Source of the DNA: a virus
IMG/VR virus record: IMGVR_UViG_3300017989_000071
Location: 1 to 64,000 of that record
Length of the DNA stretch: 64,000 nucleotides
Reading direction: 5' to 3' (one strand)
Shown: positions 1 to 8,094 of the stretch, piece after piece
How positions within the stretch are numbered: position 1 is the stretch's first letter
Layout of the letters: the number at the start of each line of letters is the position of its first letter
Position numbers and translations under genes: made by a program
The notes under the pieces: model-generated
What the model was told of the DNA's origin: nothing
Seen by the model: the letters and a program-made list of their open reading frames with translations, nothing else
Database searches by the model: none

Positions 1-536
1 ACGGGAAAATTCCGATCCGCCTTCAACGGATACGACCGGGAAAAAGATAGCGTGGTGTCCACACCGGGCGGAAGAGGGATATAGGGGATGCCATCCGTGA
101 ATTGCACCCGCGACATCGCGCACACCCCTTCGGGAGCCTCCGCGTCGATAATCACCGTCTCGGACAGCTTCAAATCCTCCAGAACCCCGAGCACGGTCTC
201 GCCGTGCGGAAGATCGCGCAGGACCACTTCACCGCTTCCGCATGTCGGGCAGGATGTCGGTGCCTCCAGCGCGGCCACCCTACCGAGCTCCGCACACGCC
301 AGACAATACACATACCACTCCGGGAGGGGAGTGCCGTCGTGTGCCGCCAGAACGACATCCAGCTGAGCCTCTTCGGGGCCAAGCAAATTTTCATCGAACG
401 TGCATTCCAGCACATCCGGTTCGTTCCAAACCAGCTCCTCAATCGCCTTCGGGATACCCGCATCCGCGTTGATCTCCGCTTTCAGGCGAACCAGATTGAT
501 CGGAGCGGATTTCGTCTTGATGTGCACATACGACAT
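1..536 (-). CDS. Tail-fibre-associated protein with Zn ribbon, partial (runs off the left edge)
   Basis: Not in the ORF track. ATG at 536 overlaps the tail fibre stop (TAATG); the frame stays open to the edge: MSYVHIKTKSAPINLVRLKAEINADAG...YCLAC...CPTCGSG. Confidence 0.7.
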   Translation of the reverse strand, partial: MSYVHIKTKSAPINLVRLKAEINADAGIPKAIEELVWNEPDVLECTFDENLLGPEEAQLDVVLAAHDGTPLPEWYVYCLACAELGRVAALEAPTSCPTCGSGEVVLRDLPHGETVLGVLEDLKLSETVIIDAEAPEGVCAMSRVQFTDGIPYIPLPPGVDTTLSFSRSYPLKADRNFP

Positions 537-2449
537 TAGGTCGGCACTCCTGCGGCTTCGACAGTTACACGATGAATTTCCAAACGTGCTCTACGAATAT
601 ATGCGATGACATTCGGGCTGGTGTTCGCTCGATAATCGATGTCGATGTCGTGAGAATCTTCATCCAAATCGACATAAGCAAAGCCGCCGCACGGATGCCA
701 ATCGCCCTTCATCGACGATGTGCTATCGAAATGCGCGGCATTCTCGATGCTTGCCAGCGTATCCGTATCGTCAACCTGCACACGAGCTTCGGTCACATCG
801 GTTTGCGTATTGTTGACATCGGTCTCGAAGTACCAGCCGATGCGATAACGACCAGCGGGAATCGCTCCCGTAGACAGCCTCAATTTCTGCTGCCACGTAT
901 TACTCGATGTTTGAGACTCGCCTTCGGACGCATCTTCGAGATGCCAGCCCATCGGCAAGTCTTCGATAGCTACATACTTCTTCGCACCGCTATCGTCCTG
1001 ATCCTCGATCAAGAGCAGATCGGATTCGTCCGGATCGTCCTTCTGATCGAACGACGAGAAGTCGTTGGCCGCACGCTTGAGCTGCGCATCGTCGGTCACG
1101 TTCCCCAGACTGACCTGCGTCTTGGTCACCGAATGGGGATTGTTGGTCAATCCGCGATGCGTCGTGTTCGCCGTTACCTCGGTGTTGTTCTCCACCTCGG
1201 TATCGAAGTCGGTAACCTCGGAGGCCGGGTGAGTATGCGAGGCATCCGCGAAGTCCGCCGGGGTCTCCCCACTACTTACGAGCTGGCCCGCAGCCGTGAA
1301 CAGTGGAATCTCTCCATCCGCTCCGGATACCTCGTCGATCTTCCCGTCTTCGAGCGCGTCGAGCTTGTCCGCAACGCTATTACTCGCATCGTACCTTACC
1401 TTGTCCGCCGTATTCCCGGCTTTACCGATGTCGGGCGGGCCGTTGATAAACGCGACGCTCGGCTCGTAGTAGTAATTATTCAGGTCGGTCAGGTTCCCCC
1501 CAACCGCAGAATGGTTCCACGCGAACAACTCCAGCTTCGACGTACCAGCCGGGATCAAGGTCCGCGTTGCGTCCTGAGCCAAAAGCGGATCGAGGATCGA
1601 AATGTTGTTCAACGCGACGATGTGCGTGTGGCCTTGGCCGTCCTGCTGAAAAATGGACTGGCCCGCGTTCCCCGCAACGAAGGTGTCGCCACCGACAATG
1701 GAGAGCTCGTTCAGAAACACAACCTTGGCCGCATCGTCGGCAAAGATATAAGCGTTCGCTCCCGCATCGCCCGCCAGCACGAGGCGCACGCTGACCAAAC
1801 GACACACACTTCCGACGACGTGGCCGTTCCCATTCATCAGCAAATAGGGCGGCGCAACAGCGTTCGGGACCGTCGATGCGAGGATGATCTGCGACAGATT
1901 GAGATCATCATCACCGAATGCCATCGAAGCATCGGTGAGGTAAATCGTTCCGCCGCCCTTCGCGTTCAACGCATCGACAGCGGACTTGAATGTCTCGTAG
2001 TCCTGCCCAACGCCGCAGGTGACCGTGCTGCGCTCCTCGAACGCAACCTGATCCACCTCGGGCTTCTGGTAGAGCACGGGCTGCCGGAAATAAAGCAAGT
2101 CGGCGCGGGTATCGTCGTGGTACTGAGGATGGTCGTCATTGGCAAGACCGGCCAGCGAGCTGTGATTGACCGCCGTCCCAAAGTCTTCCCAACCCGCACC
2201 CCCGAAAATCAGCACCGTACCCGAATCGTCGTTAAGTACCTGATCCCCACCTGCCGGAACGATCTCGACCCATACCGCGCCGTCCCACTGGTAGATATAA
2301 TTTTCCGTCCACCCGTTCGCCGTAGCCGATGCGATATACTGCTCGCCCACCGCGCCCGGTGTCGGCAGACCTCCGGTCGGATCGTAAAGCTCTTGGACCT
2401 CACCCTTCCAGTTGTCAGAAGAGATATTCGGATTGAATGCGTAGCTCAT
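536..2449 (-). CDS. Tail fibre-like protein, 637 aa
   Basis: N-terminal YIYQWDGAVWV module plus HSSLAGLANDDHPQYH and NNPHSVTKTQVSLGNV motifs typical of fibres; beta-rich middle and C-terminal domains. Confidence 0.75.
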   Translation of the reverse strand: MSYAFNPNISSDNWKGEVQELYDPTGGLPTPGAVGEQYIASATANGWTENYIYQWDGAVWVEIVPAGGDQVLNDDSGTVLIFGGAGWEDFGTAVNHSSLAGLANDDHPQYHDDTRADLLYFRQPVLYQKPEVDQVAFEERSTVTCGVGQDYETFKSAVDALNAKGGGTIYLTDASMAFGDDDLNLSQIILASTVPNAVAPPYLLMNGNGHVVGSVCRLVSVRLVLAGDAGANAYIFADDAAKVVFLNELSIVGGDTFVAGNAGQSIFQQDGQGHTHIVALNNISILDPLLAQDATRTLIPAGTSKLELFAWNHSAVGGNLTDLNNYYYEPSVAFINGPPDIGKAGNTADKVRYDASNSVADKLDALEDGKIDEVSGADGEIPLFTAAGQLVSSGETPADFADASHTHPASEVTDFDTEVENNTEVTANTTHRGLTNNPHSVTKTQVSLGNVTDDAQLKRAANDFSSFDQKDDPDESDLLLIEDQDDSGAKKYVAIEDLPMGWHLEDASEGESQTSSNTWQQKLRLSTGAIPAGRYRIGWYFETDVNNTQTDVTEARVQVDDTDTLASIENAAHFDSTSSMKGDWHPCGGFAYVDLDEDSHDIDIDYRANTSPNVIAYIRRARLEIHRVTVEAAGVPT

Positions 2450-2940
2450 TAGTTACCCCACCCCCGCGCAACGTGAACCTCGCAACTCGCTCCCGCCAGA
2501 TTTCCCTGTCCGTAGACGAATACCTTCAGCCACTGAAATCCGAAATTCGGCTGGGGAATAGGAAACGGTCCGTTGTCGTCACGGCGGTAAATCATATCGT
2601 TGAGCTTTACCGCGCCGCCCGCAGGAGGACTCGTATACGGGACCGGAAAGTACGGGCCGTCCTCTTTATACGAAACCTTGAGCTGGACGGCGACCCGCGT
2701 GCTTCCTGCCTTGACGTAGTTGCAATAGAGGCAAAGTTGGGTGAAGTCGCCGACGAAGATCGGCTCCACATCCTCATCGTTCGCGGGAGTATCGGAGAGC
2801 TCGCTGTCGTCCACCGCCTCGATCACATCGTGAACACCGTCAGTGAAAAAACCGACGATGCCCGCCACCTGAATCGACGCCACCTCGCGGGGAGATGCAG
2901 ACTCAAGATTCCGTCCACTGCGTTTCTTTTCGTAGGGCAT
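2449..2940 (-). CDS. Hypothetical virion-associated protein, 163 aa, beta-rich
   Basis: Stop/start overlap with the fibre gene; RBS-like GAG upstream. Confidence 0.7.
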   Translation of the reverse strand: MPYEKKRSGRNLESASPREVASIQVAGIVGFFTDGVHDVIEAVDDSELSDTPANDEDVEPIFVGDFTQLCLYCNYVKAGSTRVAVQLKVSYKEDGPYFPVPYTSPPAGGAVKLNDMIYRRDDNGPFPIPQPNFGFQWLKVFVYGQGNLAGASCEVHVARGWGN

Positions 2941-2949
2941 TAAGAGCTC

Positions 2950-3696
2950 CTAGTTATCCCTAAAAACCCACTCGACGACCGCAACGGGATCGCCATGGAT
3001 CGCCCACTGAATTAAGGTGTCCGCCGACTCCTTCATCACAAGGCGCGGCGGGAAAATTTTATTGAAGTCGTTTATCATCCGGTCCAGATCGAGGTAGCCG
3101 GATGCAATCATCGCTTTGGCCTCGTTGCGTAGCATGGTGTAGTCCGCGATTTTCGCTTCGAGTAATTCGAGCTCCTGAGTACGGAGCCACGCCGTCGTCC
3201 CCTCCAGCGGAGCCTTTGCCCAGACCTTGTGGAAGCCCTTCAGAAACGTCACCGCCTGATCCAGCATCCGCAAAAGCCGCTTGGCATCCCGCATGATCTC
3301 GCGATCATGGGACTGCGCCCCCCGCTTATAAGCATTCGGGTGGAAAGTACGTATCTCGTCCTCCTCGATCCCGCTGAGCTGCCTCTTCGAGATCGCCCCG
3401 AACTCCTTGTCGATCATATTCTGCAACTCGAAGGTGTCGCCATTCCACGCCCCCTCCAAGTTATCGCGCCACTGTCGGATCGCTTCACCGATCCCTTGGT
3501 ACTGTTTGTTCCACTTCGCCGTCTGGTCATTGATCGAGAGCGCGTTCGCCGACGGCTTAACCCGGAAGCCCCCCGCGAGGATCGTACCGAGATAGTCCTC
3601 GTAGGCAATCAGCTCCTCGGTGAAGTCGTAGACGAAATCGGCCAGCTCATCGCCGACCTTGGTTGCCTGCTGGTAGAGTCCACGCACGCCCATCAT
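2950..3696 (-). CDS. Hypothetical helical protein, 248 aa
   Basis: Overlap-coupled to the upstream gene; helical composition. Confidence 0.7.
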   Translation of the reverse strand: MMGVRGLYQQATKVGDELADFVYDFTEELIAYEDYLGTILAGGFRVKPSANALSINDQTAKWNKQYQGIGEAIRQWRDNLEGAWNGDTFELQNMIDKEFGAISKRQLSGIEEDEIRTFHPNAYKRGAQSHDREIMRDAKRLLRMLDQAVTFLKGFHKVWAKAPLEGTTAWLRTQELELLEAKIADYTMLRNEAKAMIASGYLDLDRMINDFNKIFPPRLVMKESADTLIQWAIHGDPVAVVEWVFRDN

Positions 3697-4874
3697 GCCG
3701 CTCCAAACAAACGCGCTTGTCGGGGGATACCCGGCTCGCGCTTCCGGCGTCGAATCTCGGTCGGATCGACCACCTGCTTGAACAACTGCTTCGCGTCGCT
3801 CTTCGCTTTCGACGGAAGCTTGCCGTAGATCACCTCGCCCCGTTGCGGAGAGCTGAATGCAATCACGGCCAGAATCTTGTTGCGGCCCCTGAAGTCGATC
3901 TTGTCCAGAACCCGGATCGAGAGATCGCCGTCCGGACTCTTCCCGAGAGACAGCCCCTTGAGCAGGCGGGTCATGCGGTCGATCCCCTCCCGCGAGTCCC
4001 GTTCCGCTTCAGCGGCGGACGGAATATCCAAACGGGTCTCCGGAATCAGCTCGTCCTTGATGAACTGCTCCAACTCCGAGTCGTCTTCGCTCACATCCCA
4101 ACCCATGTTCTCGACACGATCCCAATAGTGATAGGCATAAATCCCGCCGTAGAAATAGTCTGAAGCACGCTGCCGGGTGTGGCTAACCTGCCGCAAAACC
4201 TCGATCTCGAAGTGCGACTCGAAAAGCCGCCACAACAGATTATACAACTTCGGGTGCGCGTCCGACGGCGGCTCCACCTCGATCTCTCGGGCATACTGAT
4301 CGAGCCGGTCGAACAAATCCTGAGCAAACTCCGCACCCCCACCGGGGTCTTCGTTGTCGAGGTAGCTGGCGACCCAGTAACCGAGAGCCTCCCATTCGTT
4401 GAGCCGTCTCCCGTGATCGTCCTTCCACCTGTAGTAATCCGCCGTGGTTCGGATCGCATAGTCCGCCGCCTTGACCACCAGCGGGGACACCACGTCTTCG
4501 TCGAGGAAGGCGGATCGCGGCTGAATCTGCGCCACGATAATCACCTGCCGATCATCGCCGTACCGAACCTTCGACCGGGAACCGGCGTTACCGGCCTTCT
4601 CCATCTGGGGCGTGAAGTACACCCCTCCGAACGTGGTCAGGTTTTGGCGGGAAACCGTTCCCCGCACACCCTCATCTTCCTCATCGGTCCAGATCGGTTC
4701 GGCATCGGGATCGAGACCGCCCGCACGTTTGATGTGCTCCCACGCCGTCTCACTCGTACCGTGGTAGTAAATCCTCGGCTTGGCCGACTTCTGCCGCTTC
4801 TCGTACAGACGGGCCACTACCTGATCCGGGGCACAGCCGTTCAACACCTCTTGGATCAAGTCGTTTGCGTTCAT
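3693..4874 (-). CDS. ADP-ribosyltransferase-like protein with N-terminal leader (T4 Alt-like role inferred)
   Basis: Start moved to MNANDLIQEVLNG (GAGGA RBS). YYHGTS...GGLDP, GGVYFT and VIIVAQI...LDED fit the H-Y-acidic ART fold. Confidence 0.65.
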   Translation of the reverse strand: MNANDLIQEVLNGCAPDQVVARLYEKRQKSAKPRIYYHGTSETAWEHIKRAGGLDPDAEPIWTDEEDEGVRGTVSRQNLTTFGGVYFTPQMEKAGNAGSRSKVRYGDDRQVIIVAQIQPRSAFLDEDVVSPLVVKAADYAIRTTADYYRWKDDHGRRLNEWEALGYWVASYLDNEDPGGGAEFAQDLFDRLDQYAREIEVEPPSDAHPKLYNLLWRLFESHFEIEVLRQVSHTRQRASDYFYGGIYAYHYWDRVENMGWDVSEDDSELEQFIKDELIPETRLDIPSAAEAERDSREGIDRMTRLLKGLSLGKSPDGDLSIRVLDKIDFRGRNKILAVIAFSSPQRGEVIYGKLPSKAKSDAKQLFKQVVDPTEIRRRKREPGIPRQARLFGAA

Positions 4875-4893
4875 CGTTCCTCGCAGTAGAAAA

Positions 4894-4947
4894 TCGGTGC
4901 GTCCAACAGGAAGAGGAGGTTGTCGTCGTCTCTGCCGGACGCACCGA
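4894..4947 (-). terminator. Intergenic hairpin with short U-tract
   Basis: 11-bp inverted repeat tcggtgcgtcc/ggacgcaccga followed by TTTT on the minus strand. Confidence 0.55.
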
Positions 4948-4956
4948 TGGATCAAC

Positions 4957-5409
4957 TTACAGATTGGGGGCTTGGTCAATGACCATGTTCAGCCGGTCGC
5001 CGAAGGCGTCCAGCGCATCGGCCTCCGGATCGCCGATGGCCCGCAGATGCGCGGCCTGCTTCTCGATCCAGTTATTGATCCCAAGCAGCACCTCGACGTA
5101 ATCGTTCTTGGCGAGAAGCATGTCCACCGCCTTTGTGATCCGACTCGGCACCTTCGAGATCAGCGTCATCTGTCCCTCGGTCTTCGAGCGGCTTTCCTTT
5201 TTGAACTTGTCCACGTTGCGGGCAAACTTGGCGATGAGCTTCTTGCCTTCCGGCGAGTCGGGGTCTTTCCCCATGTTTTTGACCATCTTCTTCGCCGACG
5301 CGACGTTATCGGGTTCGGTCTCCTCGGACTCGTGCGCCCGCTCGATCACACTCGCCGGAGCGTCCCCCGCCAGCACTTTATCGATCATCTGATCCGCTGT
5401 TCGCAGCAT
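4957..5409 (-). CDS. Putative head-internal protein with shared leader motif
   Basis: AAGGAG RBS before MLRTADQMIDKVLAGDAPASVIE. Confidence 0.7.
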   Translation of the reverse strand: MLRTADQMIDKVLAGDAPASVIERAHESEETEPDNVASAKKMVKNMGKDPDSPEGKKLIAKFARNVDKFKKESRSKTEGQMTLISKVPSRITKAVDMLLAKNDYVEVLLGINNWIEKQAAHLRAIGDPEADALDAFGDRLNMVIDQAPNL

Positions 5410-5433
5410 AGGATCACTCCTTTCGTTGAGAGG

Positions 5434-5463
5434 CCGGGGGGCCAAGGTGAGTCAGCCCCCCGG
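5434..5463. other. GC-rich intergenic hairpin
   Basis: ccggggggc / gccccccgg 9-bp stem directly after the stop at 5471. Confidence 0.5.
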
Positions 5464-5470
5464 TGAGCGG

Positions 5471-6142
5471 TTAATTGATGCCCGAGCTGTCGTCGGTGAT
5501 CTGCGCCTCGACCGCGATGGCCTTCGCCACGTCCACGAAGCCCTGAATACTCAGACGGCCCCAGCGCGGCAGAATCGGCAGGCGGGTGTCGGCATCGGTC
5601 GGGATCAGCGTTACGCGTCCGTTCAGCGGAATCTCGGTGGTCCAATAGAACGTCGCGTCGATGGCCTCGGAAGCCTTCACATTCTTGCTGAACGTGCCGC
5701 TCCACGCGCTCGTAAAGTAGCTGATGGACCCGGCCTCGTTGCCATCCTCATCGTACAGCACGCCGTCGCCGTAGGTGTCTTCCAGCGAGATCACCTCATC
5801 GTCGGATTCGGCCAGCGTGTGAATGTTCACGGTGCCGGGAATCACGGCGTAGGTGGCGTCACCCGCCACGGTCGCCAGCGTACCAGAAAAGGCGGCTTTG
5901 TCGCCACCGACGGCACCGGCCTTGGTCGTGTCTTCGTCCTCGACCAGCGTACCGTTGACTTGCTCCACGGTCCCGTCGTCGAGCGTGTTCGTAATCTTCA
6001 GGAGGATCGAAGCGTCGTTCGTATCATCCTCCTCGAAGGACTGCGGCCCCATCCGAAGAGAAACCGGGAGCTGATTCTCTTCCAGATTGATGATGAGGTC
6101 CTGACCTTCGTTCGGGCGCATTCCCAGAAATCTTTCAGCCAT
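5471..6142 (-). CDS. Virion structural protein, paralogue of 6376-6996
   Basis: Acidic, beta-rich; VIPGTVNI...DGVLY...GSISYFT module; strong RBS. Confidence 0.7.
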   Translation of the reverse strand: MAERFLGMRPNEGQDLIINLEENQLPVSLRMGPQSFEEDDTNDASILLKITNTLDDGTVEQVNGTLVEDEDTTKAGAVGGDKAAFSGTLATVAGDATYAVIPGTVNIHTLAESDDEVISLEDTYGDGVLYDEDGNEAGSISYFTSAWSGTFSKNVKASEAIDATFYWTTEIPLNGRVTLIPTDADTRLPILPRWGRLSIQGFVDVAKAIAVEAQITDDSSGIN

Positions 6143-6375
6143 TCTCTTGTCTCCTTTCGTTCGTCACGTTGAACGATTATGATAACCGCCCCTCGCATTG
6201 AACGGCTGCGACGAGGAGCTACTCGTGGTTGCCCGGCCACTCCGGGCGATTCACTGTCGGGGTACGGGGGGCTTACGAGCCGAGGGAGTAACGACCACTG
6301 CTGCGTCCATCATGGTAGAGCACCAAGGCATCCATGCCGAGGTTGTCGGTTACGGCCCGCCGCCCCCCGATCAGG
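6143..6375. ncRNA. Candidate structured RNA in a 230-nt intergenic gap
   Basis: ggggggc(6266-6272)/gcccccc(6362-6368) closing stem, gtaacgac/gtcggttac inner stem, three further hairpins; no credible ORF. Confidence 0.35.
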
Positions 6376-6996
6376 TTATGGGACTTGCGCCCCGGAGAAC
6401 ACATCTTCGTCCACTTCCGCGAACGACTCCACAACCTGATCGGCGTAAGCAAAAAACTTGACCTCCTCCCAGAACCCGATGGGCGGGAAGTATTGGTCGC
6501 CGGTCGCCGGAGCAACCGCGAAAACGCCGCGAAGTGGAATCGCGTCTTGGTAGCTGTAAGAAACCAGAATCGCGGCCAGATTGTCGGGGGCGGCGGGGTA
6601 GGTGATCGCCGCATCCCCGGTATAGTAGTCGATAGTCCCGACTTCATCTTCGCCGATGTAGAGCTTGCCGGTCCCCCGATCCTCGGCCACCACGGTCTCG
6701 CCACCCACATCCGTACTGATCCGAACGCTGAATGGCAGCACCGACGTTTCGGCCAAAGTAAACTCGAAAGCGGTCTCCGCATCGTCGCCCGCCTCGCCGG
6801 TATCCTCATCGACCACGGCGGTCCCGTTTATCACCACTCCGTTCTTGACCATCGAGAGCAGGACGTTCGGTACGCCCGTGCGGTCCTCGCGGAGCACCTG
6901 CCCCACCCGCAAGGCGGTCGGACGCTCACTCTCGACGAAGCTGAACAGGAGCTTCGCCCGCTCGGGTTCGAGACTGCGAAATACCCTGCTGCTCAT
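6376..6996 (-). CDS. Virion structural protein, paralogue of 5471-6142
   Basis: INGTAVVDEDTGEAG vs VNGTLVEDEDTTKAG; VLPFSVRI...GTIDYYTG module; IPLRG vs IPLNG. Confidence 0.7.
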   Translation of the reverse strand: MSSRVFRSLEPERAKLLFSFVESERPTALRVGQVLREDRTGVPNVLLSMVKNGVVINGTAVVDEDTGEAGDDAETAFEFTLAETSVLPFSVRISTDVGGETVVAEDRGTGKLYIGEDEVGTIDYYTGDAAITYPAAPDNLAAILVSYSYQDAIPLRGVFAVAPATGDQYFPPIGFWEEVKFFAYADQVVESFAEVDEDVFSGAQVP

Positions 6997-7475
6997 GGAT
7001 GATCTCCTTGCCGTTGTACGGCCTGCTCGATTCTCCGGACGGATCGGCCAATCTCCTTCACGTCCTCTTGAACCTCGCCCACCGATTCCTTGATCGTTTC
7101 CATTTCCGTCCTGATCCGCGTCTGCTCGATGCGCAGGCCGTCTACGTGATTGACCAACTTATCCACGTTTTCCTTCTGCGTGTCGATCTTAACCTTCAAG
7201 GTCGTCGTCTCGGTTCCCTGAGCATGACGGTCCTCTTCGTTCTCCCGGCGAAGCCGCTCGGCCTTCGCGGCGGCACTCTCGACCTGCTCGTCGAGCTTAT
7301 CCACCGCCTTCTCCACCGACCCGACACGGCTGTTCAACCCCGCATCGCTGCGGGAGTACGCCATCGCACCACCAATAAGAGCGAGGAGAACCGTGAAAAT
7401 AAACGGGAGCCATCTCGCGAATCCTTCAGTCACTTTCCACTTCCCGTTACCGTTGGCATTTCCATTCGCCATCAC
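6993..7475 (-). CDS. Membrane-anchored coiled-coil protein (holin/spanin-like topology, unproven)
   Basis: One TM helix WLPFIFTVLLALIGGAMAY followed by a heptad coiled coil. Confidence 0.6.
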   Translation of the reverse strand: MMANGNANGNGKWKVTEGFARWLPFIFTVLLALIGGAMAYSRSDAGLNSRVGSVEKAVDKLDEQVESAAAKAERLRRENEEDRHAQGTETTTLKVKIDTQKENVDKLVNHVDGLRIEQTRIRTEMETIKESVGEVQEDVKEIGRSVRRIEQAVQRQGDHP

Positions 7476-7879
7476 GATTCTCCAGACAGGTCAGCGTATT
7501 CGACTTGGATTGCCGGGAGAACCGTCTGGCGGATCAGCTTGAAGATTTCCGCTGCGTCGCCTTCGACTACTCTCTTATAGCCCGTGGTGATACATTCCAC
7601 CCGGACCTTCGAGGGCAGGCCGTCCACCGACTCTACCCGGACCTTGTAATGCCGACGCTGGCCGTTCACGCACTCCGTAATGAAGGTTGAATGGCCGCGC
7701 TTCGGTTGAAACCGTTCGTTGCGGAACATCCGCACCCCGTGCGACTGCATGAACCCGATCAACAGCCCGGAGAAGCCCCCGTCCTCGTAGTCGCCAACGA
7801 GGCAGGCTTCAACCATGTCGGCGGGGTGCGCCCCGTCCATGACCTTCTGAATCAGGCTGTCAGCGGAGTAGTCGCTCAT
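7472..7879 (-). CDS. Putative head-internal protein with shared leader motif
   Basis: MSDYSADSLIQKVMDGAHPADMVEA. Confidence 0.65.
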   Translation of the reverse strand: MSDYSADSLIQKVMDGAHPADMVEACLVGDYEDGGFSGLLIGFMQSHGVRMFRNERFQPKRGHSTFITECVNGQRRHYKVRVESVDGLPSKVRVECITTGYKRVVEGDAAEIFKLIRQTVLPAIQVEYADLSGES

Positions 7880-7967
7880 CGTTGTTTCACGTTTCCGGGG
7901 TTTCGAGAATTAAAGGTATTTTAATTGCACGATGCGTAATTAAAGATTCCGCGCTTTGCTTTAATAC

Positions 7968-8029
7968 CGGAGCTCCGATACTTACGCCCGAAGCTCCGAT
8001 ACTTCGGGTTCGGTAGTATCGGAGCTCCG
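7968..8029. repeat. Triplicated AGCTCCGATACT element forming nested inverted repeats
   Basis: cggagctccgatact (7968-7982) is the exact reverse complement of 8015-8029; the middle copy lies in the cccgaag/cttcggg hairpin (7987-8008). Confidence 0.8.
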
Positions 8030-8057
8030 AACATTGAGGGTCACACATTGAACACAA

Positions 8058-8083
8058 CGGGGTTTGTCGATCACGAAACCCCG
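8058..8083 (-). terminator. Probable terminator hairpin after the polyprotein gene
   Basis: cggggttt/aaaccccg stem about 12 nt past the stop, weak U-rich tail. Confidence 0.5.
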
Positions 8084-8094
8084 GTTCGTGTCAA

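Noticed and set aside
6266-6372. Canonical tRNA gene
   Set aside because: D-loop-like and acceptor-like pieces are present, but the anticodon stem does not pair, the T-loop lacks TTCRA and there is no CCA. Kept only as a structured-RNA candidate.
7968-8029. Mini CRISPR array
   Set aside because: The units are only 12-15 bp, one is inverted, spacers are about 10 nt and no cas genes are present.
8089-8094. TTGACA on minus just after the polyprotein stop (also isolated copies near 8750, 50860, 52860)
   Set aside because: No -10 hexamer at 16-18 nt spacing.
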